NCBI GenBank assembly: GCA_025558095.1 | Contig: JAIVFI010000037.1 | Location: 186,001 to 250,000, forward strand | Reading direction: 5' to 3' | DNA: 64,000 nt | Origin: Hyaloraphidium curvatum SAG 235-1 | Lineage: Eukaryota > Fungi > Monoblepharomycota | Shown: positions 31,604 through 43,240 of the stretch, piece after piece | Position numbering within the stretch: the stretch's first letter is position 1 | How the letters are laid out: every line of letters starts with the position of its first letter | Position numbers and translations under genes: made by a program | The notes under the pieces: model-generated | What the model saw: the letters and a program-made list of their open reading frames with translations, nothing else | Database searches by the model: none | Told to the model about the DNA's origin: nothing

Positions 31604-33829
31604 ATGGGCGACGCCGACGATGTCCGCGCGCGGCGGGAATTCGTCGCGGCGTTCCTCGCGCAGCTCGTCCCGGGCTCGGTGGCGTTCCACGCGGGCGCGT
31701 TCTGGGAGGTGCAGGCGGCGGCGGACGGCGCGGCGTGGCACGGCGACCCGCGGTGGCGGGCGCTCTACGGCCACCCGCTGCTCATCGCCGCGATCAACTG
31801 GTTCGGCGCGCGGACGCTTCTCGACGCCGGCGCGCCCGACGTGGACGCCGCACTCGTCGGCGCGCTCGAGGACGACTTTGCCGCGCGGCTGCGGAGGCAC
31901 CTCGACGCCTTCTGGGCCGCCGCCGCCGGGGCCGGCCCCGCCGCGCTGCAGACCGGGGACAACCTCGCCGTGCAGTGGGCCGTGGTGCACGCCTCGGCCT
32001 TCGTCTACCTCACCGAGTCGCGAAACGTGTCGGGCCGCCAGCTGATGCGCCAGGCCGCATCCATGTTCCGCGCCATGAGGGTGCCCGGCGAGATCGACTA
32101 CGAGTACTACTCGCCGAAACGGACTCTGGACGACTGGTTCTTCCGCCAGACGTTCGTGTACAATTTCTGGAGTTGGTTGGGTGGCGAGCTCTGGCTGGCA
32201 GCAAACACCAAGACTCCCCCGCTCATCGACCCCGTGGCCGAGTTCCCCAGCGTGCCCTTCATGCTCCCGCCCCCGTGGCTCACCGGCATTCCCCCGCCGT
32301 CGGAGCGCCCGCTCGACGAACCCGTGCCCGAGAACCTGACCCCCTGGGTGTTCCGCGTCTCGGACTACCTGGGCATGGTCGATCCCGTCCTCTCCTCGCC
32401 GCCCAACGACTACATCCTGGCCGCCGTGGTCGGCGAGATGAAGCTCGTGGGCCCCGTGCCGATGATGCTCTTCCTCAACTACGCCCTGCTCAAGGTCTCG
32501 GAGTTTTCCGCGTGGCTCAAGGCCGCGGGCCTCACGGTGCTGCAGGTTCTCGTGGCCGCCGAGGTGCGCCAGGGAAGCAGCCCGGCCATGGCCAACGCCG
32601 GCGTCCTGCCGTGGGTCGCCGCGGTGCTCGCCAACCCGCTCGTGGACGAGGCCATCCGCCGGCGGGCCTTCCTCCGGGACGCGATCGAGCGCTTGGAGAC
32701 CTACATCCCCGCGGACGTGATCCAGGCGCAGCGGCGGAGTGACTACGCCGCGTACGACGCGGCGCTGGAGATGCTGCCCCTGGCGGCGCGGGAGCAGATC
32801 CTCGCGGGGCTAATGGAGCTGCGGCTCACCCTCATGGTGCTCAACTCGCCCGAGCCGTTCGAGGACCTGGTCGTGGCTTCCGGCGCGCCCCCCTCCCCCG
32901 CGAGCGAGGACTCTTCCGAGGTCGCCGACGTCGGCGACGGGGAGTCCGAGGACAGCGAGGAGGACCCCGAGTCCTCGGCCCTGGACCTGTGGCTCTCCTC
33001 CGCCGCCTTCCCCGCCGCATGCTCCAACGCCATGATCATCGCCGCCAACTCGCGCATGCTCCTCGCGCGGGGCCCCGCATCCTTCGCCAAAAGCATGTTC
33101 GCCACCTTTGCCTACCAGTCCGCCGCGCACGCGGCGTGGTTCAACCTGCTCGTCCTGCGGCGCTTCGCCCACGCGGCCGCCGGCGCCTCCGAGGGCGCCC
33201 AGGCCCGCGCACTGGCGCTGCTCGAGGCCATCCACGCCGACATCTCCGCGTGCCTGGAGCTGCTCGCCGCGTCGGGGCAGGAGCAGCAGCTCGCCGTGCG
33301 GACGATGCTCCAGGGGGTGCTGGAAGGCAGGACGGCGGTGACGCGGGCCGAGATGCAGGTGATGCGGATGGCGCGGCAGCTGGCAAGGTGGTGTCCCCAC
33401 GGCGGACAGGGGGGCGGGGAGGGGGGTTCGTGCTGGATCTGCGCGACGAGGGGAGGGGGGGAGGAGGGGGACGTCGGCTCGGGGGATCCGTTCGCGGGGT
33501 TGCCCGAGTACGTGCCCCTGAGCGGGGTCACGAGGGATCTGTCGCAGACGACGACGCTGGTGGGCAGCGACGCGGGATCGGGGTCTGCGGAGCTGCAGTC
33601 CCCGCCGACAAAGGACGGCGGGCGGCGGGTGCGGTTCGCGAACGAGGTGCTGGTCTACGAGACGTGGAGCAAGGAAGAGTACCCGCAGCGGTCGATGCGG
33701 TGGAAGGACGAGGGGGAGAAGAGGGCGGCGGCGGCAAAGGCGGAGGCGGCCAAGACGATCAACTTCATGCTGCAGCAGCGCGACATCGACGTGTCGCTGA
33801 TGCCGGACCTGAAAATGTTCTGGAAGTGA
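31604..33829 (+). CDS. Fungal TF MHR-like protein with C-terminal CxH-CxxC finger and RVxF motif, paralog 2
   Basis: Shares GDPRW..LY..P, DP...FP.VP, L.NPL..EA.RRR, SPEPF, DP.AGLPE with 12053-14305. Near its C-terminus it carries RRVRFANEVLVYETWSKEEYPQR. Confidence 0.7.
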   Translation: MGDADDVRARREFVAAFLAQLVPGSVAFHAGAFWEVQAAADGAAWHGDPRWRALYGHPLLIAAINWFGARTLLDAGAPDVDAALVGALEDDFAARLRRHLDAFWAAAAGAGPAALQTGDNLAVQWAVVHASAFVYLTESRNVSGRQLMRQAASMFRAMRVPGEIDYEYYSPKRTLDDWFFRQTFVYNFWSWLGGELWLAANTKTPPLIDPVAEFPSVPFMLPPPWLTGIPPPSERPLDEPVPENLTPWVFRVSDYLGMVDPVLSSPPNDYILAAVVGEMKLVGPVPMMLFLNYALLKVSEFSAWLKAAGLTVLQVLVAAEVRQGSSPAMANAGVLPWVAAVLANPLVDEAIRRRAFLRDAIERLETYIPADVIQAQRRSDYAAYDAALEMLPLAAREQILAGLMELRLTLMVLNSPEPFEDLVVASGAPPSPASEDSSEVADVGDGESEDSEEDPESSALDLWLSSAAFPAACSNAMIIAANSRMLLARGPASFAKSMFATFAYQSAAHAAWFNLLVLRRFAHAAAGASEGAQARALALLEAIHADISACLELLAASGQEQQLAVRTMLQGVLEGRTAVTRAEMQVMRMARQLARWCPHGGQGGGEGGSCWICATRGGGEEGDVGSGDPFAGLPEYVPLSGVTRDLSQTTTLVGSDAGSGSAELQSPPTKDGGRRVRFANEVLVYETWSKEEYPQRSMRWKDEGEKRAAAAKAEAAKTINFMLQQRDIDVSLMPDLKMFWK

Positions 33830-34138
33830 ATGCAATGCGATGCATAGTCGCGCCCAATTGGATACCGCCCGCCAAACAATTTCTTCGTAACCAAGTGAAC
33901 AAGCAAGGGAGCCTCGCCTTATGGCGGCAAGGGGGGCGGAAGCGCCGGGTGGCGGCAGTGGGTGAACCCGTCGAGCCCGGCGGCGCACCCACCGCAGATG
34001 CGCATGACGTAGCCCACCCTCGACCACCGATCGACGTCACAAGGTGACGTGAAAGGCCTGTCTCGAACGAAAAGCATTCTCTATGAACATCGCAGCTGTT
34101 ACGCTCTTCACTTCCGAGCCTGGTGAGACAATGAGGAA

Positions 34139-37100
34139 TCAATCTTCGCCTTCCGAAATCGCCTCGGAATCCGATCCATCCCCGCCCGCCTCGGCTCCCT
34201 CGGCGTCTCCCTCTTCGGCGTCCTTCTTGGCGTCCCACAGGGGCTTGAAGGTCCACCAGACGTCGCTCGCCAACGAGCGGTTCACGTTCTCCAGCGCCGC
34301 CAGGTTGGAACCCTCGAACCCGTCCGACTCGCCTTCGCCCCGGCTGCTGTCATCCTCCTCGTCCGTCGCCGGGTGTTCGCCGTCGGCTTCCTCGGCCTCC
34401 GACCCCGCTTCGGAGCCGCCGTCCTCTGTCTTCCAATCGCCGACGTCGCCGCTCTCGGACGCAGTGTCCGAATCATCTCCCAGCTCTTCGGACTCCTCCA
34501 CCGGCATGGCCGCCAGCTCCCCCTCGCCCGGCTCTTCCAGCTTGTCCCCCAGGATGTCCGCCGCGGCCCTCTTCTTCTTCCACAGTCTGGTCCTTAGGAG
34601 GCACTCCTCGATCGACTTGTCCATGAGCAGGCGGCGCACCCGGCACGGGTTCGTCTGGCCCATGCGGTGGATCCTTGCCGTGACCTGCGTCAGCTGCGCG
34701 GGCGTGTAGTCCACGTCGACCAGGATCATTTCGTGCGCGCGGACGAGGGAGATCCCCTCGGAGCCGCACTTTTGCGAGAGGAGGAGGACGGGGATCTCGC
34801 CCTGCTGGAAACGGGCAATGGTTTCGGCGCGCTTCTTGGTGGAGAGGTCGCCGGTGAGGAGCTCGACCTTGCCCTCGAAGCCGCGGGACTCCAGGAGGCC
34901 GCGGATCGCGTACAGGGTGCGCGCGAAGCAGCTCGCGATGACGATCGGCATCTCGTCGGCAGCGTTTTCGGAGAAATGGTCCCGCACCTCCTCCAAGATC
35001 GTCGACAGCTTGGTGTCCTTCTGGAGGACTTCATCTGTCAGATGCAATCCCAAGAGGGCCGTTTTCTGAGCCGCATTGAGCTGCCTCCTCAGATCCTTGG
35101 CCTGCTTTACCAACGGTCGAACGAGAAGCTGCTTTCCGGGATCGGTCCACCACGCATCGCGTGGCCCATTGCCAGCAGCTTGTTTGACCTCCTCCACTAT
35201 CCGGCTCACGGGTTCGACAATAGCAGGAAGTTGCTTTCGAAAGTCACCCTTCAGAGAGTTCCGCACCAATGACTCCAGCTCTCTGACATGGTTGAGAAGG
35301 TCCTCGAGGCTCTCCACGGGCATTTTTGGTCTCTCGTCGTCAGCGTCAGCATCCGAGTCTGAACCTTCGGCATCCTTCCTCTTCGAGATTCGGTTCTGGC
35401 CAAGATCCCCGTAATCGACATTCCCGGCCTTTTCCACATCGTAGTCCTGGTCCTTCCTTCTCTGGCGTTCATCGTCGCTATCCTGTGCGTCGGTCTCGCC
35501 CCCTACTATTGTGACCTTTCCGAAAAAGAGCATGTCTTCTCGCTCATTTCGGTGCAACTTGTCGTCGTAGTCCTCATCGCCGTCTGGCTTGTCTGGTCCG
35601 CCATCGGCTTCGTCGGCTCGTCGGCGGCTATGCTCCCACTTGCCCGACGCCAGTTGCTCGAGCTGATTCACGAGGGCGGATATGGCGCGTGCAAGCATTG
35701 ACCATTGGAAGGTTGAAGGGCAGGACACCAGCACGCGTAGGGCCTGGAGGCACGCTTGGAGGGCGGCACGCGCTGGTGCAATCTCGGCACCTCGAGCCTA
35801 GGCTAGGCTACTCGCCAACCGGTTCAGCTTCCGCGCCTGCGCCGCGTATCGCTCAAACGCTCCTTCCAGAGTTGTGAAGGGCACGGTCACATCCTGCACG
35901 GTGATGTCCGGAAGCCCCATCTCCTCCCGGCTCACGGCACGCCGCAGGATACGCTCAGAGATGAATGCCGTGCGCCCTTCGGAAGGTGCCGCAAGCCACT
36001 GAGCCGAGGTCCCGGGTCCTCGCCAGCCGAGCCCTTTTGCCAGGTTCGCCAGATCGCGAGGGGCGTTTGGGATCGGGGTTCCCGTGAGGCCGATGACGCG
36101 TTGTCGTGATGCCAGGAGCTTCATTAGCAGCCAGGTGTTGGACACCTCCGCGGCTTCGGCCGGATTCGCGGCGTCGGCGGAAGGGTGCGGCTCCGGACCG
36201 CCCTTGGCACGGTGGATCTCGTCGAAAATGACGGCCGTGTAGTTCAGTCGGAGCACGAGGGAGTCCTCTCCTTCACCGGCGAGACGATCGTAATCCATGG
36301 GACCCTTTCTTTTCCCGGATCGATGCGCGCGAACCAAGGAGCATTCCTTGGCGAGCGTTTCGGCCGTAGTGAGCACGAAAAGGACGCGGTTGGGATCCCC
36401 TGGAAGCAAGGCGCCGTCGAGGGAACTCTCCGTCTTCGAGTCGCCGTAACCCGCGGCAAGCAGAAAGCGCCTGAGATTCCTGTCCCGTGGAGGCCCGAGA
36501 TAAACAAAGATGCGTCCTCCTGTCTTGCCGGCGAAACCTGTGTGGTTCGTGATCTCCGCTACCCAGGTGCTCTCGAGGACCGACGCTGGGCAAATGATGA
36601 GAATGATCCCTGATGATGCAAGGCTGCCGTTTGGCCCCGTGGGCAAAAGGTGAGATCGATGGAGGGCCAAAGCCGTCGCCAGTGCCGTGGCCGACTTGCC
36701 AAGACCGGGACCATCGCACAGCAGCATGCTGCCCGCAGTGCCGGCCTCCGCCAGCTTCTCGGCCAGCTTCCGGGCGCCCTCGGCTTGCCACGACTTGAGC
36801 ACAAAACTGCCACCAGAGGGCAGCCCGAGTGCGAACATGAGGTCTGCCTGCGACGTCGCTGCATCATCGACTGCTTGATCTGGCCGCGACGTCTTTGGCT
36901 CCTCGAAAGGCAGCATGCGTCCCCTGAACCAATCGACCGAATGCAGTTTTGGTCTCGTGTACCACTCGCGCATCTTCAAGAGCCTTGTTCGGGAGTTCAG
37001 ACCCACAGCTTCCGGCTTCAGAGCACGGTAGTCGAGCTTCAAGTCATCTTTGGCTTCGAGTCGCCGTTGCTTGGGTGCAGGTCCTTCGTCTTGTGAGGCG

Positions 37101-37660
37101 GTGGGCTGCCCCCTCTTGCGCCCCACAGTAAGGGCTGTGGCTCCATTTGCGATTGCTGAATCCTGCGCAGCCACGGTCTGTAGCACAGCACCGGCCGACT
37201 TTGATACCGGCGGAGGAGCATCCTTGGCCCGAGTACGCTTCGGCGGCATTTTGTTGACGAAACCGTGGCGCAAGAGTGCTTTCTCGTCGTCCTGGAGCGC
37301 CTCGTACTCGGCCTTGGTTTGGTTTTTGTACTCCTCAACGCTCATGCCGGTGAAGCGAGAGTTCTTCGGGCCGTTCTCGGGCCGCTTCCTGTACGCCGAC
37401 AGCCCGGCAGAGGCGCGCCTAGGTCGCCCACGTCCAGGTACATTTGCGCGAGGGGCTGCTGACTGCTCGGGGATGGAGGCGACCTGCGCCATGACGGCGT
37501 CCTGCGACGGGGTGCCCGCGGCGCCTGAATCGGCTGCGGCCAGACTGGGACACTTCTTGTTGGTGCTGATATGGTCCGCTGCTTCTTCGATGCGGCCAGC
37601 TTTGATGCACCGGCCGCATTTGCGCGTGGGCTTCGGCTTCGACGCCGTAGAATCGGTCAT
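34139..37660 (-). pseudogene. Divergent SNF2-family helicase/ATPase with N-terminal zinc knuckle and a single in-frame TAG at 35798-35800
   Basis: LLCDGPGLGKS, DEIH, GLTGTPIPN, and the HELICc motif GISLVRAHEMILVD..YTPAQLTQVTARIHRMGQ. The two ORFs are in frame across LA*ARGAEIAPARAALQACLQALRVLVSCP. No introns seen. Confidence 0.75.
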
Positions 37661-37997
37661 CCTGGGGAAGTCTCGTCAGGGAGAGCAATCCGGCTGTAGC
37701 GGCAGCAGAGGCCCACCTCCGACGAAAGCAGCGCAAAGTCCTCTCCACAGAACGGGGTCTAGGCAGCGACGAGGGTGTAGAGTCCGCTCAACGAGTCGAA
37801 GTGGCGTCGCGCGTCAGGCGGGGGCTGAGTAGGGGACCGCGATCCCTGAGTTTGAGACGCGGCATAGCGCGCCATTCCGCCGTCTCCCTCGCACGCTTCT
37901 CGAGGTCATCGCGCCACGAAGACTACTCGGAAGCAATTTTCGACGCCCGGGTGCCCCTTTCGAGCGCGAGGTTGCGTCCTGCGGCCGGTCCGGCACC

Positions 37998-39146
37998 ATG
38001 GTCGCCCTGGCAAACTTCGCGCCGGCCTTCAGCACGCTCGGAGCAGCCGGCAGGGTCTTGGGTCCTTCGCTGTTCCTCGCGATTGGACAGGGTGCGCACA
38101 CTGTCGATCTCTGCTGATTTGGAGGGTAAACGGCGCTGACCGAGGATCCTGAAGTGGTCGTCACAAAGACGGTGTACCACTCGACCGTCTGCAACCTCCC
38201 TTTGGGGCCGTACCTGGACGGCGTTGCGGGGATCAACCTGTCAGGAAACGCTTCGTGCCGTGCTGGACGGGCACTGACGCACGTCGCAGCTGCCCGCGGC
38301 CGATTCCGATCCCCGCCATCGTGGACGTGGCCGACAAATCCGTCACCGTCGCCGAGGCCATCGCGCGGAGCATCGACTCGGTCTCCCCCGTCGAGCTGAA
38401 CAAGTACGCGTGGGACGTGGAGATCGTCGTCCACAACCTGGAGTACAATCTTGACTTCAAGGTGCCCGGCGTGGAGACGAGGGAGCTCGCAAAGACGGCG
38501 AGCAGGTTCAAGGGGGAGGTGAAGGAGGTGGCCAGGTAATTTTCGCGGGTGGAGCTGGACGCGTCGGCGCTCTTCACCGAGATCGGACTTTACCTGGGCA
38601 AGGCGGGCGAGTTCATCGAACGGGCCGACAAGGATGGCAAGTTCTCGGCAAACGAGTGAGCTGGATCCTCCGTGCGTCCAGGGCGGATGCTGAACGGAGC
38701 CTTGCAGCGCCGAGATCCTCCGCGATACGCAGCGTTGGTTGGAGCACAAGACCGAGAAGCTGCTGTCGGATCTTTGGGAGACGCGCCGGCATCTTGACTC
38801 TGCCGAGGACCTGCTGACGGAGCTCACCGTCAAGGCAAAAGCAGGAGACTACCACATGACGGAATCGGCGGGTTTGTGGGAGAAGCTGCTCGGCGGCAAG
38901 TTCAAGGAGAAGAAAACGAACCTGGATCGCCTCACCACGAGCCTGCTGTTGGTGAAGAATGACCTGCCCGTGGCGGTCGATGCTGTGAACAAGATGGAAG
39001 CCGCGTTCGAGCGGGTGCGGGCGGGCGTAGTAGTTGATGACGGCGTTATACCTGGAATACTCTCGGCGAAACAGGGGAAGGAGAGGCTGGAGTTTGCCAT
39101 TGCGAGGCTTGAGGGAGCCACCAAGAAGATCCAGGCAAAGGCGTGA
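37998..39146 (+). pseudogene. Hypothetical coiled-coil protein, multi-exon, with an in-frame TAA at 38537-38539
   Basis: Exons are joined by short GT-AG introns. Coding-like sequence continues across KEVAR*FSRVELDASALFTEIGLYLGKAGEF. Start position is uncertain. Confidence 0.5.
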
Positions 39147-39240
39147 CATGCGCAACGTACTAATCTCTGTCTATATGTAATGCTTTCCGTGGCAAAAAGT
39201 TCGTACGACTACCTTGCCCGAGTTCCATCTGCGCCGCCGG

Positions 39241-40638
39241 TCACTCCTCCTTCGCCTGCGGCCTCCTCACGAACACCATGCCCACCAGCCCCAGCCCCAC
39301 GAAGGCCGCCGACGCCCCGCCCACCCCGCCCAGGCCCGCGACGGAAAGTAGCACCGACGCCATCCACGGCGCCAGCATCCTCCCGCCGCTCCCGAGCGCC
39401 TGGTCCGCGCCGATCAGGCTGCCCCTGAGGCTCGCGGGGGCGACGGCGACGGCCTCCTGGGTCGACACGAGGCCTTGGAGCATGTTGAACACGACGATGG
39501 GCGTCGAGAGGAGGTACAGGTGCGGCGCGGAGGAAGAGAAGGCAAACAGGATGTACAGGGGCACGAGCACGGCGCCCGAGATGAGCGTGATGCTGTGCGG
39601 CGAAAAGAGGCGGACGGCCGGCTGGACCAGCACGGCCTGGGAGAGGATGGAGCAGATGCCGAGGTACGACATGAGGAAGCCAGAGCTCGCCGTGTCCATC
39701 CCGAACAGCGGGCCCGAGACCATCGACACGGCGGCGTTGAAAAGCGCCACGGCGACGCTGAAGAAGAGCTTGTTGAGAAGGATGGGGGCGACGGTTGGGG
39801 AGGTGAAGAGCCTCGCGTAGCTCCCCAGGGCCGACGTGTCGGGCATGATCTCCGCCTTTAGCGAGTCGATCTTCTGCTGGGTCGCGGCGGCGTGTATGTC
39901 CGGCAGCGTCCGGCTGACCACGATGCCCGTGGCCAGGCAGGCTCCGGCCGACACGACGCCCGGCAGGGCGAACGAGGTTTTGCCGAGCACTCCGCCAATG
40001 GCCGGGCCAACGACGGCCCCGATGCCGTACGACATGGCCAGCCGCCCGAAAGCTACTGTCCGCTCCTCGTTGGTCACGAGGAAGGAAACGTACGCCCGCG
40101 ACGCCAGCAGCACGTGCTGGAGCAGCGCGGGGAACTGCGACGCGTAGAGCGTGGGGAGGTCCATCGCGGCGGCCAGCAGGGCATAGCAAGCGAACGAGGC
40201 GGCAAAGGAGAGCTCGATGACGTGCTTGCAGCCCATGCGGTCGACCAGCGACCCAGCCACAAGGGAGCCGAGCAGCTGAAGAGTCTGATTGAAGCTTTTC
40301 CAGGCCCCGAACGCCCGCTGACCGTCGGCAACGGAACCGCCGGCATATTTGGCCACCAGGAAGGGATAGATGGGGAAGCTCATATGGTACGACGCCGCGT
40401 AGACCGCTGTTGGGCGTGAGAGACCGCAAGATGCTTCGGACACGAATGCCTCACCAATAAAGGCGTAGACGGAGAGCAGGGTCCGCTCCTTATTTGTGGG
40501 GTCGGCCCCCCGCGGGTGGCCGTGGTCATCGTCGGGCCACGCCGCGCGCTCGGCCTCCTCGTCGTCGCGCGGCGACGGCGGGCCGTGCGGAACGTGCCCG
40601 TTGGCACGCCGCCGCCCGTCGATGCCGTCATCGACCAT
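39241..40638 (-). CDS. MFS transporter (SLC22A18/TetA-like)
   Basis: About 12 TM segments, motif A-like GSLVDRMGCK, YGIGAVVGPAIGGVL. One short in-frame intron near 40405-40455. Confidence 0.9.
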   Translation of the reverse strand: MVDDGIDGRRRANGHVPHGPPSPRDDEEAERAAWPDDDHGHPRGADPTNKERTLLSVYAFIGEAFVSEASCGLSRPTAVYAASYHMSFPIYPFLVAKYAGGSVADGQRAFGAWKSFNQTLQLLGSLVAGSLVDRMGCKHVIELSFAASFACYALLAAAMDLPTLYASQFPALLQHVLLASRAYVSFLVTNEERTVAFGRLAMSYGIGAVVGPAIGGVLGKTSFALPGVVSAGACLATGIVVSRTLPDIHAAATQQKIDSLKAEIMPDTSALGSYARLFTSPTVAPILLNKLFFSVAVALFNAAVSMVSGPLFGMDTASSGFLMSYLGICSILSQAVLVQPAVRLFSPHSITLISGAVLVPLYILFAFSSSAPHLYLLSTPIVVFNMLQGLVSTQEAVAVAPASLRGSLIGADQALGSGGRMLAPWMASVLLSVAGLGGVGGASAAFVGLGLVGMVFVRRPQAKEE

Positions 40639-41127
40639 GGACGCGGCAGCGCGGGGGGGGGCAGCGTCCGGCCCAGCGTCCTCACTGATTGGACGGCTGC
40701 GGCGCCTCCTGGGGGAAGGACTTTTCTCGCGCCATCGCCTCCTCCGCATCGTTCCATTTCATCATATCAGACGCATTCGCAGAAACAGGTTGAGCAAAGC
40801 TAGACTCTCATGGGTCGCTGGTCCGCCTCGAGCTTGGCGCGCAGTCCTGATGGCGATCAGGCCGTCGAGCCGCGGTGTGGCTTCATCTCTATTCCCTCGC
40901 TCCTGCTTCGATTTTGGCTGATTCTGTGCAGGATGCAGCAATCGTAGAACTTTTGCAGAACCAGCGTCAGAGTATTCATTGTGGCGGACTCCCGGCCTCA
41001 CTCAAGGAGTTGGGGGATCGTCGAGGGGGATCGGGCGGGATCAACACGCCTCCCATCGGCCGTGTTCGCGGACGACTCGTCGTCGGCAGGGGTCCGCCAC
41101 GGCAGTCCGCGGCGCGAACGAGCTGCG

Positions 41128-42900
41128 ATGGCGGGGCGGCGCGCCCGACTCACCGCGCTGCTCCTTGTGCTCCTCTGTGCCGCGCCCTCTTCGGCGTGGA
41201 CGCGCCGATACACGCTCGTCTGCACCGAGAAGCTGCTGTCGCCGGACGGCGTCCCCAAACGAATGCTCACTTGGAACGGCACCTTGCCCGGTCCGACGCT
41301 GACGGCCGTCGAGGGCGACACCCTCGAAGTCACCGTGGTCAACCGGTGCCCCGTTCCCATCACGGCCCACTGGCACGGCATGGTGCAGGCCGTCACACCA
41401 TACGCCGACGGCGTCCCCAGCGTGTCGCAATGCCCCATCGCGCCCGGCAAGCAGTTTGTGTACCGCTTCAAGGCGTCGCCACCGGGCACCGCCTGGTACC
41501 ACTCGCACCAGGGCGTGCAGTACATGGACGGGCTGTGGGGCCCGCTCCTCATCTCGCCGCACCCGTCGCGCAAGGTGGACCTCGGCAAGATTGATGGCGT
41601 GCGCGTCATCGCCTTCAGCGACCAGTACCACACGCCGACGCCGGAGCTGATGGCGTGGTACAAATCGCCGGAGTCGCAGGGCAACGAGCCCGTGCCGGAC
41701 AGCGGCCTCATCAACGGCCAGGGGCGCTTCAATTGCTCGAATGCCGGGTCGAAGCCGTGCACCCCGAGGCCTTACCCGCGCATTGAAGTGCAGTCGGGGA
41801 AGAACTACCTATATCACGCCATCTCGGCCGCCGCCTTCTCCGCGTTCCGCCTCTCTGTGGACGACTACCGCATGCGGGTGGTCTCTGCGGACCTTACTTA
41901 CATAAAGCCAGTTTCGGTGGACGTCATCTCTATCAACGTCGGCCAGCGCTACAGCTTCTTCCTGGAGCCCCTTCCAGGCACCCGCACCGACCGCAACGCC
42001 TTCATCCGGGCGGCGATGGAGACAAAGTGCTACGCCTACCAAAACCCCGTGCTGGACCCCATCGTGAAGGCGGTGCTGGCATTTGGCCGGGGGGACGCTG
42101 ACACCACTAGCTCTCCGGACCGCACCACGGGGGAATGTCGCCTCCTTGACTACTCCGATCTGGTCCCTCTCTTCCCCATCGACGTCCCCCGCTTCCGACC
42201 CGGGCTGGACACCCAACTCACACTGAACTTCGTGTTCCGCAACAACGCACAGGGGGTCAATTATGCCTACGTCAACGGAAACAGCTACGTCGCAAGCCCG
42301 GTTCCTACGCTGGATCTCGTCACGCGCTATCCCTCGCTCAAGTACCCGAACGGCACCTCGGTACTCACCCCCGCCATGAACGCCTTTGTCGTCCCCGACC
42401 GCCCTCCCGGGGCGTGGGTCTTTGTCGGCATCAACAACTTTGACAACGGGGAGCACCCCTGGCACAAGTGAAGCCCGGCTTCCCGTTTCGCGACGGCCCC
42501 TTCTGACCGAACTTGCACACAGGCACTCGACCGTCTCGTACCTCCTCGGCGAGGGCCGCGACGGGCCCTTCCGCTGGGACTCCATGCAGCGACGGCTCAA
42601 CCACCGCAACCCCTTCCGCAGGGACACCTTCACGGTGCCCTACGGCGCGGCGGGAAAGCCGGCGGGGTGGGCTGTGATTGCGTTCCCGGCGGACTTTTTC
42701 GGGGCGTGGGTGATGCACTGCGTGGGTGTCTCCCTCGGCGATCGAAGGGTTGCATGGACTGACGTCGCGATCCACCACCGCAGCACATCGAGTGGCACGT
42801 CGCGGTGGGGCTGCTGGCGCAGTTCGTGGTATCGCCGAGGGCTACGGCGGCGAGGAGCGCGCGGTGGCCGGCCGGGTGGAACAACTGCGCGGCGCGTTGA
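41128..42900 (+). CDS. Secreted multicopper oxidase (laccase/AA1-like), 3 exons
   Basis: Signal peptide and all four Cu motifs: HWHG, WYHSH, HPWHK|H, WVMHC|HIEWH....L. Confidence 0.93.
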
Positions 42901-42944
42901 ACAGAGCAAAGTCTCGATTCCAGTCACCACGACAAAAGATCCCG

Positions 42945-43240
42945 TCACGCACCGAACCTGAAGCACGCGACCCTGTGCTTCTCCCACGCCTTCTTCTGGC
43001 ATCCCCTGCAGCAGTACCTGGCGGCCCTGCACGCGGAGCAGCGTTGCAGCTCCAACGCCTCCGTTCCGCACTGGTCGCATCCGTCGCGGTCCTCCTCCAC
43101 GGCGAGAAACAGCCTGAACGCCCGATCAGCCCAACGAGGGAGCGGCGACGAGGTGCCGACGGGGGCCTGCCCGGTCTCATGCATTGCTTGAGCAGCGCGA
43201 GGTGGTCTGCCGTCCTCGGAAACAGGCCCTTGGCTCCCTT
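42945..43240 (-). pseudogene. Truncated MYND zinc-finger gene fragment
   Basis: CDQC...RCSACRAARYCCRGCQKKAWEKHRVAC. There is no coherent upstream frame. Confidence 0.55.

Noticed and set aside
21189-38539. Genome-wide reassignment of TAG/TAA to a sense codon
   Set aside because: TAG ends several genes at their expected C-termini (NMO SKL-TAG, amylase WIPE-TAG, cupin, CIA30), and I saw no internal stops in exons of conserved genes (NOG2, VPS18, TAZ1).
21189-38539. Neurospora-type RIP as the cause of the premature stops
   Set aside because: Most stop-creating transitions fall in a CpA/TpG context anyway, so this is not diagnostic, and the genes are not heavily mutated.
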